A DNA stretch of 32,000 nt from Archaeoglobus fulgidus DSM 4304 (GCF_000008665.1 NC_000917.1:1500001-1532000), one strand, 5' to 3'; shown: positions 9,605 to 18,541, counted from the stretch's first letter. Program-made: numbers and translations. Notes: generated by a model from the letters alone, not told the origin.

Positions 9605-10210
9605 TCACTCAGATAGCAAATTTCTTTTAAGTGAACGAAACAATTTATCATAAACTTCTTCATCAGTTGTGGCAGGTAACTGAAGTTGGATGTTTACATT
9701 AATCGTTAGGCCCTTCGGTGTTTGTTTTTCCATTAAAGTTGTTAAACCCTCTCTGGAGGGAACAACCTCATTATGGGGGTATTCCTCACTATTGGACTCG
9801 AAGTCAGCAAGTTCACATAGAGCTTTGAATGTCTGAATCATTTTTTCGATGGTATTCTCTGCTTTTCCTGTTTGAGAAGCAAAAAAGTTTCTCAAAGCTT
9901 CTTTGTCTTTCCTATAAGCATCAGGATAAGTTTCAAACAATTCCTTATAGGCGTTTTTTATTGCTTCAGCCATTACTTTTGGTGCAAGATCTTTATCTCT
10001 GTATCTTGCCCATAATTCGGTCGGAACACCGCTACGGTCTATAAAACCTAACTTTTTCAATAGTGGGATTATCGAAGGGTCATTGGAGGAGGTAAAACCT
10101 ATAGAATTTATCCATTTTTGTGTTACCTTGGACGGAAGTCCTGCTTCCTGAATTTTTTGAAAGAATGGTTTTATCTTTCCAGGAACGGTCGTATAAGGAA
10201 ACTCTGCCAT
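9605..10210 (-). CDS. DUF5343-like protein
   Basis: [72 protein letters not shown] plus C-terminal [30 protein letters not shown]. Start set at ATG 10210 (RBS-like GGTG and TATA AATTTATATTAT upstream). Confidence 0.65.
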
Positions 10211-10404
10211 ATTTGAACACCGAATATTGTTTACTAAAAACATAATATAAATTTTTTGGTAAAATGAAATATGCGCATTCCAGTAAATAAACAAACGCCT
10301 TACTTCATAAACTACACGCAGAACACAACCCCTCTGTCAACCTAAAAAGTGTAGCCATGTATTTATGTAGTAAACCTTAAATCCGAAACCACAACAATTC
10401 CAAT

Positions 10405-10644
10405 ATGGGATACACCACAGTCAGAATCTCCGTTGAGGACAAGGAGAGGCTGAAGAGGATCGCAAAGAGACTGGGAAAAAGCCTTTCGGAGACTCTAAGC
10501 TATGCTATAGATGTTGCAGAAAGAGAGTCGGACAGAGTTAGAGGGGATGTTGACAGCGTTCTCCAAACTCTGAAATTTGGGAAAGATATAGGCAAAACCA
10601 ACGCCGAAAAAGTTGACGAGTACCTCTATGGCGGCTCTAATTGA
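10405..10644 (+). CDS. VapB-like (RHH/CopG-type) antitoxin
   Basis: 79 aa; MGYTTVRISVEDKERLKRIAKRLGKSLSETLSYAID ribbon-helix-helix-like N-terminus, overlapping a PIN gene. Confidence 0.72.
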   Translation: MGYTTVRISVEDKERLKRIAKRLGKSLSETLSYAIDVAERESDRVRGDVDSVLQTLKFGKDIGKTNAEKVDEYLYGGSN

Positions 10645-11098
10645 CACTGGTATATTTTTTGGCTTTTACAGCTTAAAGGACGTGCATCACATGGATTCTG
10701 TGGCGATTGTAGTTCATGCAGTTGAGGGAAAGTGGGGCAGGCTGTTTGTAACGAACCACATTCTCGATGAGACACTAACGCTTCTGAAATACAAAAAGCT
10801 CCCAGCAGACAAATTCTTAGAGGGTTTTGTTGAGTCTGGTGTGCTGAACATAATTTACACAGACGACGAAGTTGAAAGAAAGGCTCTGGAAGTTTTCAAA
10901 GCCAGAGTTTACGAAAAGGGGTTTAGCTACACCGACGCCATCTCTGAGGTTGTTGCTGAAGAGCTTAAATTGAAGCTTATCAGCTACGATAGCAGATTTA
11001 GCCTTCCCACAATCGGGCGTGATTACTGGAAAAGTCTTGATGAGTCAGAAAGGAAGAGGATAAGTGCTATTCTGAGAGAGAAAGGTATCGACGGATAG
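10628..11098 (+). CDS. PIN-domain ribonuclease toxin (VapC family)
   Basis: MAALIDTGIFFGFYS...NHILDETLTLL...GFSYTDAISEVVAEELKLKLISYDSRF. ATG at 10628 is preferred over TTG at 10613. Confidence 0.8.
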   Translation: MAALIDTGIFFGFYSLKDVHHMDSVAIVVHAVEGKWGRLFVTNHILDETLTLLKYKKLPADKFLEGFVESGVLNIIYTDDEVERKALEVFKARVYEKGFSYTDAISEVVAEELKLKLISYDSRFSLPTIGRDYWKSLDESERKRISAILREKGIDG

Positions 11099-11124
11099 CA
11101 ACTTTTTAAACCCCCCAACCCGTT

Positions 11125-12534
11125 ATGGTTGTGGAACACAATCCCTTCGCCAAGCGCTACAGGAAAGGGATGAAAAGGATTGCCTTAGTTTACCCGAACA
11201 GGTATGTGGGCGGGATAACAAACCTCGGGCTGCAGTATATCTACGCCAGAATCAACGAAAGCGATGCGATCTGCGAGCGCTTCTACGCTGATGTTTTCGA
11301 CGGTTTGAGGAGTATCGAATCAGCCACTCCCCTCTCAGAGTTCGACGTGGCGCTTTTCAGCCTGCAGTACGAGACGGACTACTTCAAGGCCGTTGAAATT
11401 CTGAAGAGGAGCGGATTTAAGGGGCTGAAGATTGCCGGCGGGCCGTGTGTGATGGAGAATCCCCAGCCATTGATGGATTACTTCCATGCTTTCTTCATCG
11501 GGGAGGTTGAGGGTTACGTGGAGGAGTTGATTCACGCCAAAAATGCAGAGGAGCTCTCAGGCATCCCCGGTGTTTTCACGGGAAGGGAGGAGAAAGTAAA
11601 GAGAGTTTACGCAAAGCTGGACAGGCACATAGAAAAGGAGATAATAGGGGAGGGAGCTTACGGCAGGTGCTTTCTGCTTGAGATTGGCAGGGGGTGTGTG
11701 AGGAGGTGCAGATTCTGCATTGTGAGGCAGATTTACTTCCCGCCGAGGTGGAGAAAGAAGGAAATGCTGCCAGAAATTGGGGAGGAGAAGGTTGCGATAA
11801 TCGCCCCCTCCCCCTCAGACCATCCTCAGTTTAAGGAAATCCTGCAGCACTACGTTGAGCAGGGAAAGGAGGTATCGCCATCCTCTGTGAGAGCTGACAC
11901 GCTTGATGAGGAGCTTGCGGATTTGCTGAAGAAAGCTGGAGTTAAAACCCTCACCATTGCCCCTGAAACAGCTTCCGATAAGTTGCAGGAAGTGATTAAC
12001 AAGGGGATTGGGGATGAGGAGGTTATGAGGGCTGCAGAGCTCGCTTCAACACGCTTTGAGAAGGTCAAGCTCTACTACATGGTTGGTCTGCCGGGGGAGA
12101 GCTTTGAGGACGTTAAAGCCATCTTAGAGCAGGCGCTGAGGGTGAAGAAACTTGTGGGCAAGGTGGAGATATCCGTAAACCCGCTCGTTCCTAAACCCCA
12201 CACACCCTTGCAGTGGATGGGGTTTGGTGGTGAGGAAGAGTTGAGGGAGGGGATTAGCCACCTCAAAAAGAAGCTGGAATATCTGAGGAGGGAGGCGAGG
12301 AGAGCGGGGATTGGGGCGGACGTTTCCGGCTTCAAAGAGTTTGCCATCCAGACCATTTTGTCCAGAGGAGATAGAGAGGTGGCAGAGATGCTTGAAGGTG
12401 CCAGCTACAGAAAGTTTGAGAAGTATCTTAAGCCAATTAACCCGGATTCCCCACTGCCGTGGGATTTCATAGACCACGGCTACAGGAAGAGCACGCTTTT
12501 GAAGGAGTACGACAAGATAAAGAAAATTCTTTAA
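11125..12534 (+). CDS. Radical SAM protein with N-terminal B12-binding-like domain
   Basis: 469 aa; LEIGRGCVRRCRFCIVRQIYFPPR (CxxxCxxC), TLTIAPETASDKLQEVINKG, YYMVGLPGE. Confidence 0.9.
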   Translation: MVVEHNPFAKRYRKGMKRIALVYPNRYVGGITNLGLQYIYARINESDAICERFYADVFDGLRSIESATPLSEFDVALFSLQYETDYFKAVEILKRSGFKGLKIAGGPCVMENPQPLMDYFHAFFIGEVEGYVEELIHAKNAEELSGIPGVFTGREEKVKRVYAKLDRHIEKEIIGEGAYGRCFLLEIGRGCVRRCRFCIVRQIYFPPRWRKKEMLPEIGEEKVAIIAPSPSDHPQFKEILQHYVEQGKEVSPSSVRADTLDEELADLLKKAGVKTLTIAPETASDKLQEVINKGIGDEEVMRAAELASTRFEKVKLYYMVGLPGESFEDVKAILEQALRVKKLVGKVEISVNPLVPKPHTPLQWMGFGGEEELREGISHLKKKLEYLRREARRAGIGADVSGFKEFAIQTILSRGDREVAEMLEGASYRKFEKYLKPINPDSPLPWDFIDHGYRKSTLLKEYDKIKKIL

Positions 12535-12555
12535 CTGCCTGTCCTATTTTTGCCG

Positions 12556-13302
12556 ATGAAGATTGCGATATCCGGCAAGGGTGGCGTGGGGAAAACAACT
12601 CTCGCAGCTACTCTCGCTTACCTCTTCGCTAGGGATGGTTACAGGGTCACGGCGATTGACTGCGATGCCGATATAAACCTCCCCTCTGCCTTGGGCGTGA
12701 AAGAGAAGCCAAAGCCGCTTTCAGAGCTTCACGAAATCATTGAAAAGAGGGTTGTGGGGCCGATGGGGACATACAAGCTCAACCCTAAGGTTGATGATGT
12801 CTTTGAGGAATACTCGGTTTACAACGAGGATGGTGTGAGGGTTCTCGTTCTCGGCACCATAGAGAAGGGGGGAGAGGGGTGCTTCTGCCCTGAAAACGCT
12901 TTCCTGAGGGCGATACTCAGGCACGCCATCTTCAAGAGGGAGGATGTGCTAATTCTGGACATGGAGGCCGGGATAGAGCACCTCGGCAGAGGGACGGCGA
13001 GGGGAGTGGATTTGCTGATAGCGGTAGTAGAGCCTGGAACGAGGGCTGTTGAAACTCTGGAGAGAATTGAGAAGCTGGGAAGGGACATTGGAATTGAGAG
13101 GATTGCCGTTGTTGTAAACAAGTTCATCGAGTCGGAGAGGGCGAGAGAGCTGATTTCGGGGATAAAGTATCCGATTCTCGGCGTTATCCACTACGACCAG
13201 TGCTTTGTGAGGGCTGATCTGGAGAACGTTCCGCCCTACACCGTCTGCGATTTGAAGCCATTTGAGGAGATTAAGAGGAGGATTGAGGAGTTCGTTCAAT
13301 AA
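12556..13302 (+). CDS. CooC/MinD-like P-loop ATPase (carbon monoxide dehydrogenase maturation type)
   Basis: MKIAISGKGGVGKTTLAATLAYLFARDGYRVTAIDCDADINLPSALG, VLILDMEAGIEHLGRGTARGVD. ATG at 12556 preferred over TTG at 12550. Confidence 0.82.
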   Translation: MKIAISGKGGVGKTTLAATLAYLFARDGYRVTAIDCDADINLPSALGVKEKPKPLSELHEIIEKRVVGPMGTYKLNPKVDDVFEEYSVYNEDGVRVLVLGTIEKGGEGCFCPENAFLRAILRHAIFKREDVLILDMEAGIEHLGRGTARGVDLLIAVVEPGTRAVETLERIEKLGRDIGIERIAVVVNKFIESERARELISGIKYPILGVIHYDQCFVRADLENVPPYTVCDLKPFEEIKRRIEEFVQ

Positions 13303-13336
13303 AATTTATTTGAGTTAGATGAGAAAGTGATTATAC

Positions 13337-13639
13337 ATGAGAAGAGAGGAAGCCCTGAGAAAACTAAGGGAGAGCAGGAAGGAGCTAAAAAAATTTGGAG
13401 TAAAAAGAATTGGTATTTTTGGTTCGATTGTAAGAAACGAGGCAAAAGAAGATAGTGATGTAGACATTTTCGTTGAGTTTGAGCCGGGAAAAGCAACCTT
13501 TAAAAACGTGGCTGGACTTGTTGACTTCCTTGAAAGTCTTTTTGGGAGAGAAGTGGACCTCCTGACACCTGCTGGAATCGAATCGATAAGGCTGAAACAT
13601 GTGAAAGAAGAAATAAGGAAGGAGATACAGTATGCCTAA
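13337..13639 (+). CDS. MNT-type minimal nucleotidyltransferase (MntA-like antitoxin)
   Basis: GIFGSIVRNEAKEDSDVDIFVEFEPG (GS...DxD nucleotidyltransferase signature), EVDLLTPAGI. Confidence 0.85.
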   Translation: MRREEALRKLRESRKELKKFGVKRIGIFGSIVRNEAKEDSDVDIFVEFEPGKATFKNVAGLVDFLESLFGREVDLLTPAGIESIRLKHVKEEIRKEIQYA

Positions 13640-13700
13640 GCGTGGTGACAGAGAGTTTGTTCTCGACAGGGAATTGAAGGTTAAGGGTTATGTGAAATGA
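13632..13700 (+). pseudogene. Possible remnant N-terminus of a HepT/DUF86 HEPN toxin
   Basis: 22-codon ORF MPKRGDREFVLDRELKVKGYVK* overlapping the stop of the MNT gene (ATGCCTAA), the arrangement seen in HepT-MntA operons; sequence resembles the M.KRD.R.fleD...... eYV start of DUF86 proteins. Confidence 0.35.
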
Positions 13701-14344
13701 AGCTCGGCGTTGTAACGAGAAAGGGTAAAAGGCAGGACGACATAAGGATGTTCTCGCAGTTTTTCGAGGTTAAGGTTTACGAGATTCCGGAGGAGCTGCC
13801 GGAGCTCATAGACGAGCCTGCTGAAATTTTGAGGCTGCCGGATGACTTCGATGTGGACATGATCGTTTCATTTGCCGCTCACCCCGACATAAACCTTGAG
13901 CTAATAAAGCAGGCCGCAGAGAGAGGCATTGGCCTTGTCATCATTTCGGGAGGGGCGAAGGGAGGAGCTTACAAGCAGCTTAAGGAGGAGGGAGAGAAAA
14001 GAGGGGTCAGGGTCGTCTGGGAGGAAATCTGCTGCGCCACACCCAAAGTTGAGGACGAGAGAACGAGGGAATTTTTCGAGCACTTCGGCGCTCCTGAGGT
14101 TGAGGTGGAGGTTGAAAACGGAAAGGTGAAGGATGTGAGAGTGAAAAGGTCGGCCTTCTGTGGCGCCACTTACTACGTAGCAGAGAAAATAAAGGGGCTG
14201 AGCGTGGAGGAGGCTCCTACAAAGGCGGGCTACTACACCCAGATTTACCCCTGTCTGGCTCCGAGAGGTCACGAGGGCGGGATTCACAAGGCGGCGAGGG
14301 CCCACAAAAGAGCAGTGGAGAAGGCCATTGAGAAGTCTAAGTAA
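13697..14344 (+). CDS. DUF166 family archaeal protein
   Basis: 215 aa; conserved Cys-containing segments WEEICCATPKVED, RSAFCGATYYVAEKIKG, YPCLAPRGHEGGIHKAARAHKRAVE. Confidence 0.6.
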   Translation: MKLGVVTRKGKRQDDIRMFSQFFEVKVYEIPEELPELIDEPAEILRLPDDFDVDMIVSFAAHPDINLELIKQAAERGIGLVIISGGAKGGAYKQLKEEGEKRGVRVVWEEICCATPKVEDERTREFFEHFGAPEVEVEVENGKVKDVRVKRSAFCGATYYVAEKIKGLSVEEAPTKAGYYTQIYPCLAPRGHEGGIHKAARAHKRAVEKAIEKSK

Positions 14345-14363
14345 GAAATTAGTTTTGTTTTGC

Positions 14364-15188
14364 TCACGCAATTAACGAAACGCTCTCTAGGATGTACTTG
14401 GCTGAGATTCCGATAATAAGCAGGGAGAGCAGAATTCTTAGCTTTCTCTCCTCAACTCTTCCCTGCAGTTTGGATCCGATGAAAATCCCCATAGCACCTC
14501 CTGCACCCATAGCTATCCCGTTTTCAAGGTTTGGGGGATAACCCAGAGCCGTGTAGCTGGCCAATCCGAAGACTGAGGCTGCGAAAGTCCCGACGAGGTT
14601 TGCTCCGGCAATGGCCTTTATCGGCAGGCTGTAAAGGGATACGAGAATCGGCGCCATCAGCGCCCCACCACCAACGCCGTAGGCTGAGGCAACGATTCCG
14701 ATGGTGAATGAGGTTAAAGCGATGGCAAGCGGATTGAAGGTAAAAATACTGTTAGCGAAGCTGAACTCCACTTTCAGCGATGAGGATTTCAGAATTTTCA
14801 TTTCCCCTTCTATGCGCTGAGATTTCGATAAAATCAGCCTAATTCCAAGGTAAAGCAGCACTGCTGCCACAAAAGCCTTGAAAGCCCTAACGTCTCCGAG
14901 CAGGTGGATTCTGACGAGAGTGCCGAGATACATTCCTGGCAGGTAGCCGAGAACGAGAGCAATTGCGAGCGGAAGCAGAAACCTCTTCTCCCTCCAGAAG
15001 TTGTAAGCTCCGCCGGGAATTGAAAGAATGTTGTAGAGAAGGTTTGTTGAATTCGCAATAGGAGAGGTGACTCCGAGAACACTTAGCTGGAAGGGCAAAA
15101 GCAAGAAGGCTCCCGTAACTCCGGCTGGTGAGCAAATGAGTCCTATTATAAAGGCAGCGATGAAGGGGAGCAGAGGAATTTCAGGCAT
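14364..15188 (-). CDS. TauE/SafE (DUF81) family membrane permease
   Basis: Multi-TM protein with duplicated motifs FIIGLICSPAGVTGAFLLLPF and TIGIVASAYGVGGGALMAPIL. Confidence 0.85.
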   Translation of the reverse strand: MPEIPLLPFIAAFIIGLICSPAGVTGAFLLLPFQLSVLGVTSPIANSTNLLYNILSIPGGAYNFWREKRFLLPLAIALVLGYLPGMYLGTLVRIHLLGDVRAFKAFVAAVLLYLGIRLILSKSQRIEGEMKILKSSSLKVEFSFANSIFTFNPLAIALTSFTIGIVASAYGVGGGALMAPILVSLYSLPIKAIAGANLVGTFAASVFGLASYTALGYPPNLENGIAMGAGGAMGIFIGSKLQGRVEERKLRILLSLLIIGISAKYILESVSLIA

Positions 15189-15344
15189 TGGAATTCAAAC
15201 TCACACAATCTTTTAAGGATTTTGATTTAAGAGGGCGATAGCGAATCAGATAGGTAACTACGACAACAATGCCTGAATTGCAACTCTTAAGCCATCAAGT
15301 TTCATCACCAGCAATTTTTTAAATCAACATACATACATTCATAC

Positions 15345-15566
15345 ATGAAGAACATAATGGTGAGGGATGAAGTTTACGAAAAATTGCAGAAAATGAAGAA
15401 GGGCAGGGAATCCTTTTCAGATGTCATACTCAGGCTTATCGAAGGGAGAAAGAAGAGAGGAATTGAGATTCTTGAAAGGTATGCAGGCTCTCTCTCAGAC
15501 AGTGAACTGGAGAAGATTGTAATGGAGGAAAGGAGAAAATTCAGGGTGAGAAGCTTTGATTCTTGA
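15345..15566 (+). CDS. VapB-like antitoxin (DUF217/UPF0330-like)
   Basis: MKNIMVRDEVYEKLQKMKKGRESFSDVILRLIEGRKKRGIEILERYAGSLS; overlaps a PIN gene. Confidence 0.78.
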   Translation: MKNIMVRDEVYEKLQKMKKGRESFSDVILRLIEGRKKRGIEILERYAGSLSDSELEKIVMEERRKFRVRSFDS

Positions 15567-15966
15567 CACCTCTGTAATAATCCGCATTTTCAGGGACAGA
15601 AATTTTTTCGAAGTGCTTAAGGAGAGAATAGACGACGATGTGAAGATAACTTCCGTAACAGCCTACGAACTGCAGAGAGGGGCTGTTTACATCATGCTAA
15701 AGCATGGAAGAGATTATGAATTTAAACTCATTAGAGATTTTCTTGAAGAGGTGGAAATCCTGTCATTCACCCCAAAGGACTCCGAGATTTCGGCAATGAT
15801 ATGGGCTAAGCTGAGGGAAAAAGGGTATGAGCTAAATGATGCGGACATAATGATTTCAGCAGTGTCTATAAGAGAGAACGAGAAGCTTGTAACTCTCGAC
15901 AGAGATTTTGAATACATAAGCAGAGTTTCGGAGCTTGATGTTGACATCTTAGAGGAGGAATTATGA
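15556..15966 (+). CDS. VapC-like PIN-domain toxin (TTG start)
   Basis: MILDTSVIIRIFRDRNFFEVL...ELQRGAVYI...LNDADIMISAVSIRENEKLVTLDRDFEYIS. Confidence 0.85.
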   Translation: MILDTSVIIRIFRDRNFFEVLKERIDDDVKITSVTAYELQRGAVYIMLKHGRDYEFKLIRDFLEEVEILSFTPKDSEISAMIWAKLREKGYELNDADIMISAVSIRENEKLVTLDRDFEYISRVSELDVDILEEEL

Positions 15967-15983
15967 AATAAAAAGAGAAAATC

Positions 15984-16005
15984 GAATTTGAGATTTCTCA
16001 AATTC
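15984..16005. repeat. Perfect 10-bp inverted repeat with 2-nt centre
   Basis: GAATTTGAGA-TT-TCTCAAATTC, 18 nt after the second vapC stop codon. Confidence 0.8.
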
Positions 16006-16076
16006 TTTAAAAGGATGGTTTGCTGGAAATACCTGAACCTGTGGGGTGGATAAATGAGAAACCTGATATGGCACAG

Positions 16077-16880
16077 TCAGGCGTAGTAAACGTAAATACC
16101 CCCAAGAATCAGAAGGGTTCCAGTAATTGACCTCAATGTGAAAATCTCGCCTTCTCTGAGAAAAATGGCTGAAAGAAGCAGGGTGAAGAGGGGGTAGCTG
16201 CTCGTTATTGGCTCAACAACTGTGACGGGGACATCTTTGAGCACAACGTATCGGAGGAGGTGAGCAATACCCACAGTAACCCCAGCAGCAAGGTAAAACT
16301 TTGTGTGGGACAAATCTTTTCGCACTGCCAGAGGAGTCATTAAAATGGTTGAGAGTGCGAATCCAAGAAAAATTGCAAAGAGCGGGTTGTAATCAACAGC
16401 ATTTCCAAACTTCACGAAATAGGAGGAAAGGGCTGAGAAGAGGCCTGTCAGAATTCCGAGAGTCACACCAAAAGCATCAGCCTTCCCTTTCGGCCGTGAA
16501 ATTAGAACTATTCCTGCAAATATCAGCAGGGACATCACCACTACTCTAAGCGTAAGATACTCTCCAACGAAAATGCCAAGAAGGGCTGCGAAAAAGACTC
16601 TTGTTGCCGACAGGGGAGCGGACAGGTTGGCCCCAATCCTGCTTATGGCGTGGTAGAAGCAAATTCTTGCGACAAAGAAGTGCAGAACTCCTGCAAGGGA
16701 CATGTAGAGCAAAAACATTCCATCGAGAGTTGGATTGGCGACAGAAGGAATGAAAATTATAGTGGAGGCAAGCAGGCTAACGTAAATCCCGCTTATCGTC
16801 TCCGCCTCCCTGCTTCCAAGCCTTACGAAAATCTGATGGAAGCTGAAGAGGACAGGGATTAGGAGAACGAGGTAGTTCAT
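16077..16880 (-). CDS. EamA/DMT-superfamily transporter
   Basis: Ten-TM-like duplicated protein: NLSAPLSATRVFFAALLGIFVGEYLTLR and VPVTVVEPITSSYPLFTLLLSAIFLREGEIFTLRSITGTLLILGGI. Confidence 0.82.
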   Translation of the reverse strand: MNYLVLLIPVLFSFHQIFVRLGSREAETISGIYVSLLASTIIFIPSVANPTLDGMFLLYMSLAGVLHFFVARICFYHAISRIGANLSAPLSATRVFFAALLGIFVGEYLTLRVVVMSLLIFAGIVLISRPKGKADAFGVTLGILTGLFSALSSYFVKFGNAVDYNPLFAIFLGFALSTILMTPLAVRKDLSHTKFYLAAGVTVGIAHLLRYVVLKDVPVTVVEPITSSYPLFTLLLSAIFLREGEIFTLRSITGTLLILGGIYVYYA

Positions 16881-17506
16881 TTCACCCCAACCCTCGGGCA
16901 GCCCTTAATAGGACACTCATCGCAGAGAGGCTTCTGAGGCTTGCAGACTGTCTGGCCGAAGCCAACCATCGCCCTGTTCACCTTTTCCCAGAACTCCAAG
17001 GGAAAGAGCCTCTTCAACACCTCCTCCGTCTCCTCCGGTTTTGTCGTTCTGGCCCACCCAAGCCTGTTGGCTATCCTGTGAACGTGAGTGTCTACGGGAA
17101 TTGCAGGGATGTCCGAATACGCCAGCACAACATTTGCAGACTTCCTGCCTATGCCGGGCAGCTTTACAAGCTCCTCAAAGCTCAAGGGCACCTCGGAGCT
17201 GTAATCCTCAACAAGCTTCTTTGCAAGCTCCTTAAGCCTTTTAGCCTTTACTCTGTAAAAGCCCACACCCTTTATCAGCTCAGCTATCTCCTCCTCGCTG
17301 AGCTTCAGCAAATCCTCAGGTTTCTTTACCTTGGCAAAAAGGTTCTGGGCTGCTCTAACCGTCGCCTCGTCCCTCGTTCTTGAGCTCAGCAGCGCCGCAA
17401 CGAGGTGCTGGAAGGGAGTTTTAATCTCAGCCTTCAGGTGGTAAACAGGAGCCTTTCTTTTTATTGCCTCCCTCTCCATGACCTCTATTACCTCGATCGG
17501 GTCCAC
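16877..17506 (-). CDS. nth: Endonuclease III (DNA glycosylase/AP lyase)
   Basis: LLSSRTRDEATVRAAQNLF, HhH LPGIGRKSANVVLAYSDIPAIPVDTHVHRIANRLG, C-terminal Fe-S cysteines CKPQKPLCDECPIKGC. Confidence 0.93.
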   Translation of the reverse strand: MDPIEVIEVMEREAIKRKAPVYHLKAEIKTPFQHLVAALLSSRTRDEATVRAAQNLFAKVKKPEDLLKLSEEEIAELIKGVGFYRVKAKRLKELAKKLVEDYSSEVPLSFEELVKLPGIGRKSANVVLAYSDIPAIPVDTHVHRIANRLGWARTTKPEETEEVLKRLFPLEFWEKVNRAMVGFGQTVCKPQKPLCDECPIKGCPRVGVK

Positions 17507-17551
17507 ACTTCAGATGGGCAACCTTTTAAAAAGACTTTTCCGACTTGAATC

Positions 17552-18541
17552 ATGCCAAAGTTCGACTACGCCAAGGCTGGAGTTGACATCAGGGAGGAAG
17601 AGAGGGCGATTAAATCCCTCGCAAGCGTCATAAAGCACGTCAGGAGTGGTTTTGGCAGGCCGATTTTGACCTCTCACTATGCTGGTGTAATTGACTGCGG
17701 TGATTTCGGCATAACAATCACCACCGATGGAGTGGGGAGCAAGATTCTGGTTGCTGAGAAGATGAGAAAGTTCGACACCATCGGTATAGACTGCGTTGCT
17801 ATGAATGTCAACGATTTGCTCGCAATCGGCTCGGAACCGCTGGCAATGGTTGACTACATAGCCATTGAGAAGCCCGACGAGTGGATTATGGCCGAGATTG
17901 CGAAAGGGTTGGAGGAGGGGTGCAGAATTGCCAACATCACCCTTCTCGGCGGTGAGACTGCAACGCTGCCTGAAATCATCAGGGGATTTGATCTGGCTGG
18001 CACGGCAATAGGATGGGTAAAGAAGGATGCCATCATCACGGGAGAAAAGATAGAGGAGGGAGATGTTATCTTCGCCATACCGAGCAGCGGGATTCACAGC
18101 AACGGTCTTACCTTGGCCAGAAAGGTTGTTGAGGCTGCCGGGCTGAGCTACCACGACAAGTTTGGAGATAAAACCATTGGAGAGGAGCTGCTAACCCCAA
18201 CAAGAATTTACATGGAGATTCTTGACGTTTTAAGGGAATGCGAGGTTCATGGATTGGCGCACATAACCGGCAGCGGGTTGCTGAAGCTGAAAAGGCTGAA
18301 GAATATGAAATACGTCATTGACAAACCGCTAAAGCCGCAGGAGATTTTCAGGTTCATCCAGAAGCTTGGTGAGGTTGAGGAAGCGGAGATGTACAGAACC
18401 TTCAACATGGGTATGGGATTCATGGTGATACTGCCCGAAGATGAAGCTGATAAGCTGAAAAAGCTCTGTGAGGGAAGGGTTGTAGGTTACGTCGAAAAGG
18501 GAGAAGGAGTTTATGTGAAAGACTTGAGGCTCGACGCTTAG
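17552..18541 (+). CDS. purM: Phosphoribosylformylglycinamidine cyclo-ligase (AIR synthase)
   Basis: [79 protein letters not shown]. Confidence 0.92.

Noticed and set aside
9604-9663. Longer HEPN protein start ([16 protein letters not shown]...)
   Set aside because: It would overlap the DUF5343-like gene by ~57 nt; the ATG at 9603 immediately after the upstream stop is the natural coupled start.
16043-16076. Tiny ORF MRNLIWHSQA* between the palindrome and the DMT gene
   Set aside because: Only 10 codons, no recognisable similarity; too short to claim as a gene or remnant.
17510-18154. 214-aa antisense ORF opposite purM
   Set aside because: Opposite the well-supported AIR synthase gene; sequence has no recognisable domain.
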